Shown piece after piece: positions 16,714 to 24,806 of a stretch of DNA of 64,000 nt. Made by a program: the position numbers and the translations under genes. Position 1 is the stretch's first letter, and every line of letters starts with the position of its first letter. The notes under the pieces were generated by a model. The model did no database searches, was not told the origin of the DNA, and worked only from the letters and a program-made list of their open reading frames with translations. Source of the DNA: a bacterium (GTDB lineage: Bacteria > T1Sed10-126); the NCBI GenBank assembly GCA_003554945.1, contig PWHN01000102.1, positions 240-64,239 on the forward strand, read 5' to 3'.

Positions 16714-17419
16714 AGTCCCTTAATTTGTTTCTCCTTTTTCGCCGCTCTTTTTTTATTTTGCGCAGGTAGTCCATCCCAACCTCGCGCCACCGCTGCTCGC
16801 GTCCCTCATTTTTTAACCACTCAGCGTATTCTATTGCTTCATCAAACTGCCCCTCCCGCGTCGCTATTCGGACCATGTGGAAGGCCGCCTCGCTCTTAAA
16901 ACGGTGCGAATCGTCACTGTCAAGAATATCCTCAAACCACTGGCGGGCTTTTGCCTCTTCGCCCGCTTCAACTTCAATTGTACCACGATTCAACCGACAC
17001 TCGGCCCGAAAGTCAGGTTTAACGTCAAGTTCAAGCAAACCGTCCAAAAGCTCACGCGCCCGATCGTGCTCACCGGCCAGTGCAAGCGCCTGCGCTTCGA
17101 GAAGCTGACATTCTTTTTCGTCCTCCGGACGATGACGGGCTGCCTTTCGAAAAGCGCGAGCCGCCTCCTCGTAATCTTCCATTTTTATTAAATTAAAACC
17201 GAGAAGCTGATAACTGCGGTCATCTTCTGTCTCTTCCAGCCAGCGCACCACTTCCTCAGGTTCATCCAAACGAAAATAGGCCGTCGCCAATCCATAGGAG
17301 AGCTTTGACTTTTCTTCTTCGGTGGGCATTTCTTCTTCCAGAAAGGCAATCGTTTCTTTGATACCTTCGGCCGGGTCGTCGGCTTCCAAAGCGGCCAGAT
17401 AATCCTCAATTCTACTCAC
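16703..17419 (-). CDS. TPR-repeat protein, function unknown
   Basis: 238 aa of acidic TPR-like repeats with a basic tail (KKERRKRRNK). It overlaps pth (4 nt) and lptE (11 nt), so it sits within the operon. Confidence 0.6.
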   Translation of the reverse strand: MSRIEDYLAALEADDPAEGIKETIAFLEEEMPTEEEKSKLSYGLATAYFRLDEPEEVVRWLEETEDDRSYQLLGFNLIKMEDYEEAARAFRKAARHRPEDEKECQLLEAQALALAGEHDRARELLDGLLELDVKPDFRAECRLNRGTIEVEAGEEAKARQWFEDILDSDDSHRFKSEAAFHMVRIATREGQFDEAIEYAEWLKNEGREQRWREVGMDYLRKIKKERRKRRNKLRDYEY

Positions 17420-18018
17420 GAAAAATCAACCCCGTTCCAGCTATCCATCGCCTTTTTTATCCCCTGCTCTGCTATCAGTTTAACAATTGACGGCATTTTA
17501 GCAAAGATCGCCGTATAAATTTCCCTGTCCGCATTTGTAATTTTGGAGAGCACAAAATCTCGACCACTCATATTAGTGGGTGTTGGTCCTATGCCCACCC
17601 GTAACCGGGGAATTGCTTTGGTTTTCAAGGCTTTAATTATGCTTTGCATGCCCCGGTGACCTCCGGCACTACCTTCCGATCTTATTCTAAGCCGGCCAAC
17701 ATCAAGATCTAAATCGTCATAAATTACTAAAATCTCATGTGGTTCAAGTCCAAGTTCCCCCAACCAGGCAGAAACCGCCGCACCGGACCGATTTACATAG
17801 GTGTTGGGTTTGGCAGCATAATCTAACGGCGACTGTTCTTCACAGCGCATCAGCCAACCAAGCTCATGCTGGGTAACATCGGCATTAAATTGCTCACATA
17901 TACTGTCAACAGCCCAGAAACCCAGATTATGATATGTGTCTCTATATTTAGCGCCGGGATTGCCAAGACCAACCACTAATTTTAAGGAATTATCGCCGCA
18001 AGCTGAAGCCTTCGCCAT
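17416..18018 (-). CDS. pth: Peptidyl-tRNA hydrolase
   Basis: LVVGLGNPGAKYRDTYHNLGF and GGHRGMQSI motifs. Confidence 0.93.
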   Translation of the reverse strand: MAKASACGDNSLKLVVGLGNPGAKYRDTYHNLGFWAVDSICEQFNADVTQHELGWLMRCEEQSPLDYAAKPNTYVNRSGAAVSAWLGELGLEPHEILVIYDDLDLDVGRLRIRSEGSAGGHRGMQSIIKALKTKAIPRLRVGIGPTPTNMSGRDFVLSKITNADREIYTAIFAKMPSIVKLIAEQGIKKAMDSWNGVDFS

Positions 18019-18749
18019 TAACCGGTCTCGTCCTCATCAGCCTCCGCTTCACCTTCGGCAGATTCGACTTCTTCGCCCTCCTCGGCTTCTACTTCTTCTC
18101 CTTCGACCTCTTCAGCCTCCTCAAGGGCCTCTTCAACAGTTTCTTCAATGAGGCCAACTCCGGCGGCAGGTGTTACTTCAAGATCAAATTCTTCCGGCGG
18201 TTGAACACTGACCACGACCCGCTGCGGATCAGTCAGAATATCAACTCCCGCGGCAACTTCAATATCTTCAACAAATATTTTATCGCCAATCTCCATCTCG
18301 GCGATAGAAACTTCAATCTGTGGGGGAATTTCACTGGCCTGACAATCAATTCTCAAGGTTCTTATTGGCTTGTCTAAAATTCCATCCTCCTGCTCCACAC
18401 CGGGAGATTCACCGGTTAATTTAACAGGAACTTTAACCTGGACTCTATCTTCGGGACTGACCTGGTGCAGATCAACGTGAAGTAGTTCACTGGTCACCGG
18501 ATCAAGATCTGCATCTTTTATCAATACCTGTCGTTTTTCGTCATCACTGGCAAGCTGCAGGTCAACAAGAACATTGCCTCGTGCACCTTCACGCAGTAAT
18601 TCACTGATTTCATGAACGTCCAATAGAAGATTTTTAGGCTCAACCTCGCGGCCGTATAATACCGCTGGTATCAATTCTTCCTTACGATAGCGTCCACTCG
18701 GACCACTACCGGTTTCTTCTCTAACTTCGGCTGTCAACTGATGTTCCAT
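18018..18749 (-). CDS. rplY: 50S ribosomal protein L25 / general stress protein Ctc, with acidic C-terminal tail
   Basis: Ctc-form L25 (IPAVLYG, two beta-barrel domains) between prs and pth. It carries about 45 aa of E/A/G-rich tail. Confidence 0.85.
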   Translation of the reverse strand: MEHQLTAEVREETGSGPSGRYRKEELIPAVLYGREVEPKNLLLDVHEISELLREGARGNVLVDLQLASDDEKRQVLIKDADLDPVTSELLHVDLHQVSPEDRVQVKVPVKLTGESPGVEQEDGILDKPIRTLRIDCQASEIPPQIEVSIAEMEIGDKIFVEDIEVAAGVDILTDPQRVVVSVQPPEEFDLEVTPAAGVGLIEETVEEALEEAEEVEGEEVEAEEGEEVESAEGEAEADEDETG

Positions 18750-18893
18750 TGTAAATCCTCCTGTAAAGTCTAAAATTTCTGGATAATTCTAACATTATTC
18801 GGCACTCTATAAAAAATTCGATTCCCTCGTTTTTTCTGGAATGAGCGCTTAGCAGGACTATTAATTATACTCTATCGTTCAGTCAGGCTGTGC

Positions 18894-19844
18894 TCAGACA
18901 AACAGTTCCTTGATACTTCTCTCCTCGTGAATACAACGGATTGCTTGAGAAAATAGTTCTCCGGTTCCCAGCAACTTAATCATATCGCTCTGTCTTGCTT
19001 TTCCTTCCAGTGGTATTGTATCACAAACATAGATTTTATTCAGGGGCGAATCTTCCATACGATCGACGGCATCCCTGGAAAAAATAGGATGCGTTGCAGC
19101 AGCAGTCACCGAGCGCGCACCATTTTCAATTAAGGCCTCAGAAGCCGTAATTAAAGTTCCCCCCGTATCAATCATATCGTCAACCAGTATACAGTCCTTC
19201 CCTTCAACATCGCCGATTACGTTTATAACTTCGGCTCTGTTTGGCTCCGGACGCCTTTTGTCAATGATGGCCAGGGTAAAATCGAGTCGCTTGGCCAGTG
19301 CCCGCGAACGATTGGCCGCACCGGCGTCCGGACTGACTATCACCGATTCTTCAGCGTCAAATTTTTTGCTTAGACAGTCAATTAAAATTGGCGCCGAATA
19401 GAGGTGATCAACCGGAATATCAAAGAATCCCTGTATCTGGTCGGCGTGCAGGTGCATGGTCAAGACCCGATCAGCTCCTGCTTCCTCAATTAGATTAGCA
19501 ACCAGTTTGGCCGATATAGGCACCCGCGGACGGTCTTTTCTGTCCTGCCGGGCATAACCAAAATAAGGAATAATCGCAGTAATTCGAGCTGCCGACGCTC
19601 GCCGTGCGGCATCAATCATCAACAGCAATTCCATCAAATTATTGTTGACCGGACGACATGTGGACTGTGTGAGAAAAACGTCCACACCGCGCACGGTCTG
19701 GTTAAATTTAACCCTGATTTCGTCGTCAGCAAATCTGTCCACTCTCAGATTTCCAGTTGATTCCCCCAGCCGCTTGGCAATGTCGGAGGCCAGCCCCGGG
19801 TTAGAATTTCCCGAATAAATTTTGAAGTCTCTGAATCTACTCAC
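18894..19844 (-). CDS. prs: Ribose-phosphate pyrophosphokinase
   Basis: FSGNSNPGLA, YFGYARQDRK and DLHADQIQGFF-type strings, plus the PRPP-binding loop VDDMIDTGGT. Confidence 0.95.
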   Translation of the reverse strand: MSRFRDFKIYSGNSNPGLASDIAKRLGESTGNLRVDRFADDEIRVKFNQTVRGVDVFLTQSTCRPVNNNLMELLLMIDAARRASAARITAIIPYFGYARQDRKDRPRVPISAKLVANLIEEAGADRVLTMHLHADQIQGFFDIPVDHLYSAPILIDCLSKKFDAEESVIVSPDAGAANRSRALAKRLDFTLAIIDKRRPEPNRAEVINVIGDVEGKDCILVDDMIDTGGTLITASEALIENGARSVTAAATHPIFSRDAVDRMEDSPLNKIYVCDTIPLEGKARQSDMIKLLGTGELFSQAIRCIHEERSIKELFV

Positions 19845-21238
19845 TGATCATTCTCCTCTTTTTTACGTGGTTTCCAGGTCTCCGTGACCCAGTCCTGTTT
19901 CGTCACCTGTTTTGCTCGTGATAAAGCCAGAGAAAACGAAGGTACGTCCTCCGTAATTGTCGAGCCGGCACCAATCATGGCACCGGTTTCCACTTCCACT
20001 GGAGCAACGAGCTCACAGTTGCTACCAATAAATACGTCGTTCCCAATTACTGTTCGGTGCTTCTCATAACCGTCGTAGTTACATGTTATTGTCCCGGCAC
20101 CAAGGTTACTGTTTTGACCGATCTCGGCGTTGCCCACGTAAGCCAGGTGAGAGACGTTAGTATCCGAATCAATCCTGCTTGCTTTAATTTCTACAAAATT
20201 TCCCAGACGAACATCAGAATCTATTTCAGTCTCCGGGCGTACGTTGCAATAAGGACCAATCCGCACGCGGTCACCGAAACTGGCATTATTTACGTAGGAC
20301 CGGCGCACAAAATTGTCCTGTCCAAACTCGGCGTTGTAGGCAAAGACCGGTCCAATGAACCGACAACCTCGGCCCAGTTTTGTCTCGCCCCAGAGAGTCA
20401 CTTCATTCTCCAGCTCAACGTCCGACCCTAACTCCACCCAGGGACCAATTTTAACCCTGTCCGGGTCGTGCACGGTCACGCCGTTTTCGAAGGCCCTTTC
20501 TACCTGCTTCTGATAACCCTCCCGCTCAAATTGAACCAACTGGCGGCGGGTATTTACACCTCGCACCTCCCACTCGTCCTCAACAACCTGCGTATCAACT
20601 GTCCGTCCCTCATCGACCAACAGTTCAACCAGGTCAGTTAAATAATACTCGCCTGCTGCGTTATCCGCCGATAGTTCGGGAAGTCGGTCGCGGAAAGTTC
20701 CCGCACGTCCACACATTATCCCGGTGTTTACAGTTTTTATCTCTTTTTCGCGGGAAGTTGCATCCTTTTCTTCCACTATCTTGATGACGCTATCGTTTTC
20801 TGTGACGATTCTTCCGTACCCCGTTGGATCGTCGACTTCCGTCGTCAATAGCGTCAACTCCGTCGGACTGCTTGAAAAGTTATCCAGTAGCCGTCCATAA
20901 GTACTTGGTCTAACACCGGGCACATCCCCACAGGTTACAACCAGGGGAATATCATCCGAAATTTCTATCTTTTCCAGCGCCGCTCGCAAAGCGTCGCCGG
21001 TTCCCAGTTGCTCCTCCTGCACCGCTCTTTTTACCTGTGAATCCAGCAGTTCCTCCACTCGCTCACGTCCACTTCCCACGACAACCGTGATCTCAGAAAA
21101 ACCGCTTATTTTAAGTCCCCTCTCGACATGTTTTATCATTGGCTCACCAAAACAGCGGTGACATACTTTTGGCAGTTCGGAATTCATACGTGTTCCCTCG
21201 CCGGCCGCCAGAACAACTGCTACTCCTTTATTTTCCAT
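19841..21238 (-). CDS. glmU: Bifunctional UDP-N-acetylglucosamine pyrophosphorylase / glucosamine-1-phosphate N-acetyltransferase
   Basis: LAAGEGTRM N-terminus and C-terminal left-handed beta-helix hexapeptide repeats. It overlaps the prs start. Confidence 0.92.
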   Translation of the reverse strand: MENKGVAVVLAAGEGTRMNSELPKVCHRCFGEPMIKHVERGLKISGFSEITVVVGSGRERVEELLDSQVKRAVQEEQLGTGDALRAALEKIEISDDIPLVVTCGDVPGVRPSTYGRLLDNFSSSPTELTLLTTEVDDPTGYGRIVTENDSVIKIVEEKDATSREKEIKTVNTGIMCGRAGTFRDRLPELSADNAAGEYYLTDLVELLVDEGRTVDTQVVEDEWEVRGVNTRRQLVQFEREGYQKQVERAFENGVTVHDPDRVKIGPWVELGSDVELENEVTLWGETKLGRGCRFIGPVFAYNAEFGQDNFVRRSYVNNASFGDRVRIGPYCNVRPETEIDSDVRLGNFVEIKASRIDSDTNVSHLAYVGNAEIGQNSNLGAGTITCNYDGYEKHRTVIGNDVFIGSNCELVAPVEVETGAMIGAGSTITEDVPSFSLALSRAKQVTKQDWVTETWKPRKKEENDQ

Positions 21239-21291
21239 TCTTTCTCCCTCGCTGAATAACTTATCATTTTCTTTTTCCTTATATGTCTACG

Positions 21292-21360
21292 GTCTTGAAC
21301 GATAACCGTTTAAAATTCAAGATGGATTCCGGGTCTCCGCTTCGCTTCGCCCGGAATGAC
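21292..21360. repeat. Family-1 intergenic repeat, 3' module (hairpin-rich)
   Basis: 21292-21332 is identical over 41 nt to 30428-30468. It is followed by an ATTCCGGG...CCCGGAAT hairpin ending in GAATGAC, as in the other copies. Confidence 0.8.
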
Positions 21361-21411
21361 GTCAAGTTCAAGAACATGAACAAGATTATGAGCACTTAAT
21401 GAATTTGAATT

Positions 21412-21446
21412 AGCTTTCAGCTTTTGGCTTTGAGCTTTAAGCTGGT
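21412..21446. repeat. Degenerate 7-nt tandem array AGCTTTN x5
   Basis: Units are AGCTTTC AGCTTTT GGCTTTG AGCTTTA AGCTGGT. The same word array recurs at 63489-63516. Confidence 0.7.
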
Positions 21447-21578
21447 GTATTCCGGGTTACTCTCTCTACAGTCGCTTGCCCGAAATCTATGATACACACA
21501 TAGAAACAGTTAATTTTACAATACATCTTCAGAAAATTCATCCCTTTTGAATCATAACCCAGAACCTACCGCTTTCCT

Positions 21579-21606
21579 GTCATTGCGGTCTTGACCCGCA
21601 ATCCAT
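21579..21606. repeat. Family-1 intergenic repeat, 5' module
   Basis: GTCATTGCGGTCTTGACCCGCAATCCAT has the same GTCATTGCGG...CCGCAATCCAT hairpin as 24644 and 30346. Confidence 0.7.
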
Positions 21607-21611
21607 CAGAA

Positions 21612-21722
21612 GTTCGGTAATCAGTAATCGGTGTTCGGCAATCGGTTTTGAAGTTACTGACCATTACTGAATACTGGTTACTGATTACTGCTCTTTACTG
21701 AATACTGACTACCGATTACTGC
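21612..21722. repeat. Inverted pair of degenerate heptamer arrays (5 x RWTCRGY, then 9 x TTACTGA-like)
   Basis: Left array 21612-21646 is GTTCGGT AATCAGT AATCGGT GTTCGGC AATCGG. Right array 21654-21722 has TTACTGA/ATACTGR units, which are the reverse-complement word. Confidence 0.7.
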
Positions 21723-21775
21723 TCAACCATCGATCCCAGATCGGAGGCCGGAATAACCGCGAACAAATTAGGGGT

Positions 21776-21804
21776 TTGACTTTCCAAATTTGTTCTAATA
21801 TAAT
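21776..21804 (+). promoter_or_regulatory. Candidate sigma70 promoter for the tRNA-Gly/tRNA-Cys unit
   Basis: TTGACT, 17 nt, TATAAT, ending 17 nt before tRNA-Gly. Confidence 0.6.
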
Positions 21805-21821
21805 TCTATTGCTCACTAATT

Positions 21822-21893
21822 GCGGGTGTAGCTCAGGGGTAGAGCGTCTCGTTGCCAACGAGAAGGTCGTGGGTTCAAATCCCATCACCCGCT
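21822..21893 (+). tRNA. tRNA-Gly (anticodon GCC)
   Basis: Folds by hand into a cloverleaf: acceptor GCGGGTG/CACCCGC, anticodon arm TCTCG-TTGCCAA-CGAGA, T arm GTGGG-TTCAAAT-CCCAT. No encoded CCA. Confidence 0.93.
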
Positions 21894-21894
21894 T

Positions 21895-22010
21895 TGGTTA
21901 GTTGGCTAGTTGGTTAGTTGACTAGTTAGCTAGTTGATTAGGGGGAACTTTCAGCAAATTTTGCTTTTCAACCAGCTAACCATCCTACCAGTTAACTATT
22001 TTAACTAACA
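21895..22010. repeat. Inverted arrays of a degenerate 8-nt word (TGNNTAGT) filling the tRNA-Gly/tRNA-Cys spacer
   Basis: 21895-21940 reads TGGTTAGT TGGCTAGT TGGTTAGT TGACTAGT TAGCTAGT TGATTAG. 21970-22010 carries the reverse-complement word (ACCAGCTA ACCATCCT ACCAGTTA ACTATTTT AACTAACA). Confidence 0.7.
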
Positions 22011-22084
22011 GGAGGCGTAGCCAAGTCCGGTCAGGCAAGGGCCTGCAAAGCCCTCATACGTCGGTTCAAATCCGACCGCCTCCT
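22011..22084 (+). tRNA. tRNA-Cys (anticodon GCA)
   Basis: Acceptor GGAGGCG/CGCCTCC, anticodon arm AGGGC-CTGCAAA-GCCCT, T arm GTCGG-TTCAAAT-CCGAC, an A13/A22 mismatch as in bacterial tRNA-Cys, and discriminator T. Confidence 0.9.
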
Positions 22085-22116
22085 CCTTCTCTCATCTTTT
22101 TGCCGGTGATTATTTA

Positions 22117-23757
22117 ATGGCTCGTATAAAAAGCTCTGTTCGGCACACTCTTGTCGCTCTTTTAGTCTTTGTAATACTGGGAGTCAGCGCCTTTATAATT
22201 GTCGAATCTTTCCAACAAACAGATACCGATTTTACTCCACTGCGCCAGGTCAAAGAATTAACTATTCTTCACACCAACGATATCCACGGTCAGATAACGC
22301 CCAGTGAAGTTGAATGGCCGAGCGACTTTCCCGACGATCAAGCCGGAGGAATGGCCAGCCTTGGGACTTTTTTAAATCAGGAGCGGGCTGCTGCCGATCG
22401 GGAGGGTAGAACCGTCCTCTATATGGACGCCGGCGACTGGTTTACCGGCACCCCCGAAGACGACTTGCTTGAAGGAAAGTTAACTATTCTTGGCTTCAAC
22501 CAAACGGGCCTCGACTATACAACCCTTGGCAACCACGAATTTGATATCGACACTCCCGTCCTTAAAGACCGGGTAGAAGAACTGCAGGCCCCCGTCATTT
22601 CATCCAATATTCGTTACGGTGACGAGGATACCCCTTTCCCTGGAACCCGCAAGTGGAAGGTAGTTGAATACGATGGCGTTGAAATAGGACTGTTTGGGCT
22701 TGTAGAACTCAGCTATATTCCTGAACTTCCCGGACTCGGAGAGGTCTTCTTTATCGACGAAACCGAGGCGGCCAGGGAGGCCGTCGAGCAGCTCAAAGAG
22801 CAGGACGTTGACCTGATTATAGGAATAACTCACATCGGAGTAGACCCTGACAAACAACTCGCACGGGCTGTCGACGGTATTGATGTCATTGTCGGTGGCC
22901 ATTCTCACACGCGGCTTGAAGAACCTGAACGAGTTGACGATACCCTGATCCTGCAGGCCGGTAATGATCTCACTTCAATTGGCCGGCTCGATCTAAACCT
23001 TGACGCTGAATCCAATCAAATACTTGAATATAAAAGCGGGCTGGTAACCCTCTACCATGAACTTTACCCGCCGGATCCCGCGGTTGAAGAAACACTTGCT
23101 CCCTATATAGAAGAGGTTGGTCCCGAGGTTGCTGAAATTGTCGCCACCACTACTGCGAGCATAGAACGACCACCCGGTCCCGGTTCACCGCTGGGTAATC
23201 TTGTTACCGACGCCATGCGAGCAGCGGTTGACGCTGATATCGCTTTTCAGAACAGCTTTGGCATACGAGACAGCCTGCCCGAAGGAGAGATCACCCGGGG
23301 AGATATTTACAGCGTTCTTCCTTTCCGGAACTATCTTGTAGAAATGACGCTGACCGGTGCTCAGATAGAAAATATTCTCGAGAGTGAAGTCGCCAGTCCT
23401 GACGTAGTAATGCAACTCAGTGGCCTTGAGGTTAAAACCGAATCTATTTCCCCCTCACAGGCCAACCTGGTCGAGGTAAAAGTAAATGATGAGCCGCTGG
23501 AAGCTGACCGGGAATACAGCGTTGTTACTTCCAACTTCCTGGCTGAGACCCGCAGTGAATTTCAAGTTGTTGAAGACACTTTTATTCGTCATGAGGATTT
23601 ATTGCTCTGGCAAACGCTTGAATCTCATCTACGAGAACTAAGTCCCGTAGAACCCCTGCTTGAAAACCGTTACCCAGGACTTGAAGACTTTATCGACAGT
23701 GACGTTCCCAAAGACGAATACACAGACCGGTCGCTACGGCTGCTTCACGCCGCCTGA
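22117..23757 (+). CDS. Bifunctional metallophosphatase / 5'-nucleotidase family protein (exported or membrane-anchored)
   Basis: N-terminal hydrophobic anchor, with motifs HTNDIHG, GDWFTG, GNHEFD and GGHSH plus a C-terminal nucleotidase domain. Confidence 0.85.
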   Translation: MARIKSSVRHTLVALLVFVILGVSAFIIVESFQQTDTDFTPLRQVKELTILHTNDIHGQITPSEVEWPSDFPDDQAGGMASLGTFLNQERAAADREGRTVLYMDAGDWFTGTPEDDLLEGKLTILGFNQTGLDYTTLGNHEFDIDTPVLKDRVEELQAPVISSNIRYGDEDTPFPGTRKWKVVEYDGVEIGLFGLVELSYIPELPGLGEVFFIDETEAAREAVEQLKEQDVDLIIGITHIGVDPDKQLARAVDGIDVIVGGHSHTRLEEPERVDDTLILQAGNDLTSIGRLDLNLDAESNQILEYKSGLVTLYHELYPPDPAVEETLAPYIEEVGPEVAEIVATTTASIERPPGPGSPLGNLVTDAMRAAVDADIAFQNSFGIRDSLPEGEITRGDIYSVLPFRNYLVEMTLTGAQIENILESEVASPDVVMQLSGLEVKTESISPSQANLVEVKVNDEPLEADREYSVVTSNFLAETRSEFQVVEDTFIRHEDLLLWQTLESHLRELSPVEPLLENRYPGLEDFIDSDVPKDEYTDRSLRLLHAA

Positions 23758-23773
23758 GAAATGTTCTAATCTC

Positions 23774-24523
23774 TTGTCCTTACTGCTAAATTTTCTCCTC
23801 TATTCTGCTTTTTTTATTGTCGCTTTCCTTTACGGAAGTGTCGGCCTCGGAGGCGCTACTGGCTATCTGGCCGTTCTTGCCCTTTTTGGCATCACCGCCG
23901 CCTACATTGCTCCCGCTGCTCTCACCCTCAACCTCTCAGTTGCCGGCCTCAGCTTCTGGCACTTCTTTAAAGCCGGTCACTTTCAAGCGCGCTATTTTGT
24001 CCCATTCGTGGCCATTTCAATTCCCGCCGCTTTCCTCGGCGGACTGCTCCCCGTCGGTGAAAATCTGTTTCGCTTTGTACTTGCCGCAGTTCTTGGCTCT
24101 GCCGGCCTGCGCATGCTTTTGTTTCCCACCGCCGACCCTGAAAATCCCCGCTTTTCTAGTGGACCGCTTTACTGGAGTTTTAGCCTTGCAATCGGCCTTG
24201 TTATTGGTTTCCTCAGCGGAATCACCGGTACCGGCGGCGGGTTTATTCTCATCCCTGTCCTCATCTTTATTTTTAAACTGCCTACCCACACCGCTTCCGC
24301 TTCTGCCGCCGGCTTTGTTTTCATCAACTCCGTCGGCGGGCTTTCCGGGCACCTGGTGCGCGGTAATTTCAATCTCACGTTTACTCTTCCATTCCTGCTT
24401 GTCACGATTGCCGGGGGTTTCTTCGGCTCCAGATACGGCTCCCGCCGCTGGTCACCTCAACTGGTTCAACGGACTATTGGTGCTATTGAAGTGCTCGGCT
24501 GCATAAGGTTAATACTCGGTTAA
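23774..24523 (+). CDS. TauE/SafE-family sulfite exporter-like membrane protein
   Basis: Polytopic protein with repeated GxGGG strings (GSVGLGGATGYL, GITGTGGGFILIP). The listed ORF start at 23660 overlaps the previous gene by 98 nt, so a TTG at 23774 is proposed. The start is uncertain. Confidence 0.7.
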   Translation: MSLLLNFLLYSAFFIVAFLYGSVGLGGATGYLAVLALFGITAAYIAPAALTLNLSVAGLSFWHFFKAGHFQARYFVPFVAISIPAAFLGGLLPVGENLFRFVLAAVLGSAGLRMLLFPTADPENPRFSSGPLYWSFSLAIGLVIGFLSGITGTGGGFILIPVLIFIFKLPTHTASASAAGFVFINSVGGLSGHLVRGNFNLTFTLPFLLVTIAGGFFGSRYGSRRWSPQLVQRTIGAIEVLGCIRLILG

Positions 24524-24643
24524 AATAGAGAAAATTCGGGGGTTTATTGAACTGCTCCGTTTGTTTGTTTATAACTGTTTTGGCCACCGGAATTATTATG
24601 GTCTTGACTCAATAATTGTCGCTGCGGGCTTGCCCTAACGCCC

Positions 24644-24753
24644 GTCATTGCGGACCACGATCCGCAATCCATTTTTTCACCCCCTTTTGGCTTTCCTCCC
24701 TTCAAGGGGGGAAAAGGAAAGGGGGGTAGATTCCGGCTTGAGGACCGGAATGA
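24644..24753. repeat. Family-1 intergenic repeat, full copy A (about 110 nt, MITE/REP-like)
   Basis: Termini GTCATTGCGG ... CCGGAATGAC form an imperfect terminal inverted repeat. Three internal hairpins: ATTGCGGA/TCCGCAAT, CCTCCCTTCAAGGGGGG, ATTCCGG/CCGGAAT. Homologous to 30346-30486. Confidence 0.8.
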
Positions 24754-24806
24754 CAGAACACGGAATATTTGAGCGAACATAATCAATCTTCTTCGGGTGA
24801 AATACG

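Noticed and set aside
21612-22010. Possible CRISPR array, because of the regular short repeats.
   Set aside because: The period is only 7-8 nt with no unique spacers, the units are degenerate, and no cas genes are present. These are tandem word arrays, not CRISPR.
23660-23773. N-terminal 38 aa of listed ORF 23660..24523.
   Set aside because: This stretch overlaps the last 98 nt of the 5'-nucleotidase gene and is not hydrophobic or family-like. An internal TTG at 23774 fits better, though the true start remains uncertain.
23817-24506. 229-aa ORF in an alternative plus-strand frame.
   Set aside because: It overlaps the TauE/SafE frame throughout. Its Pro/Ser/Leu-rich composition is typical of an off-frame read of a membrane-protein gene.
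24544-24786. 80-aa minus-strand ORF; the same applies to 30268..30456 (62 aa).
   Set aside because: Both run through copies of the family-1 intergenic repeat, and their similar peptide segments simply reflect the repeated DNA. They have no RBS.
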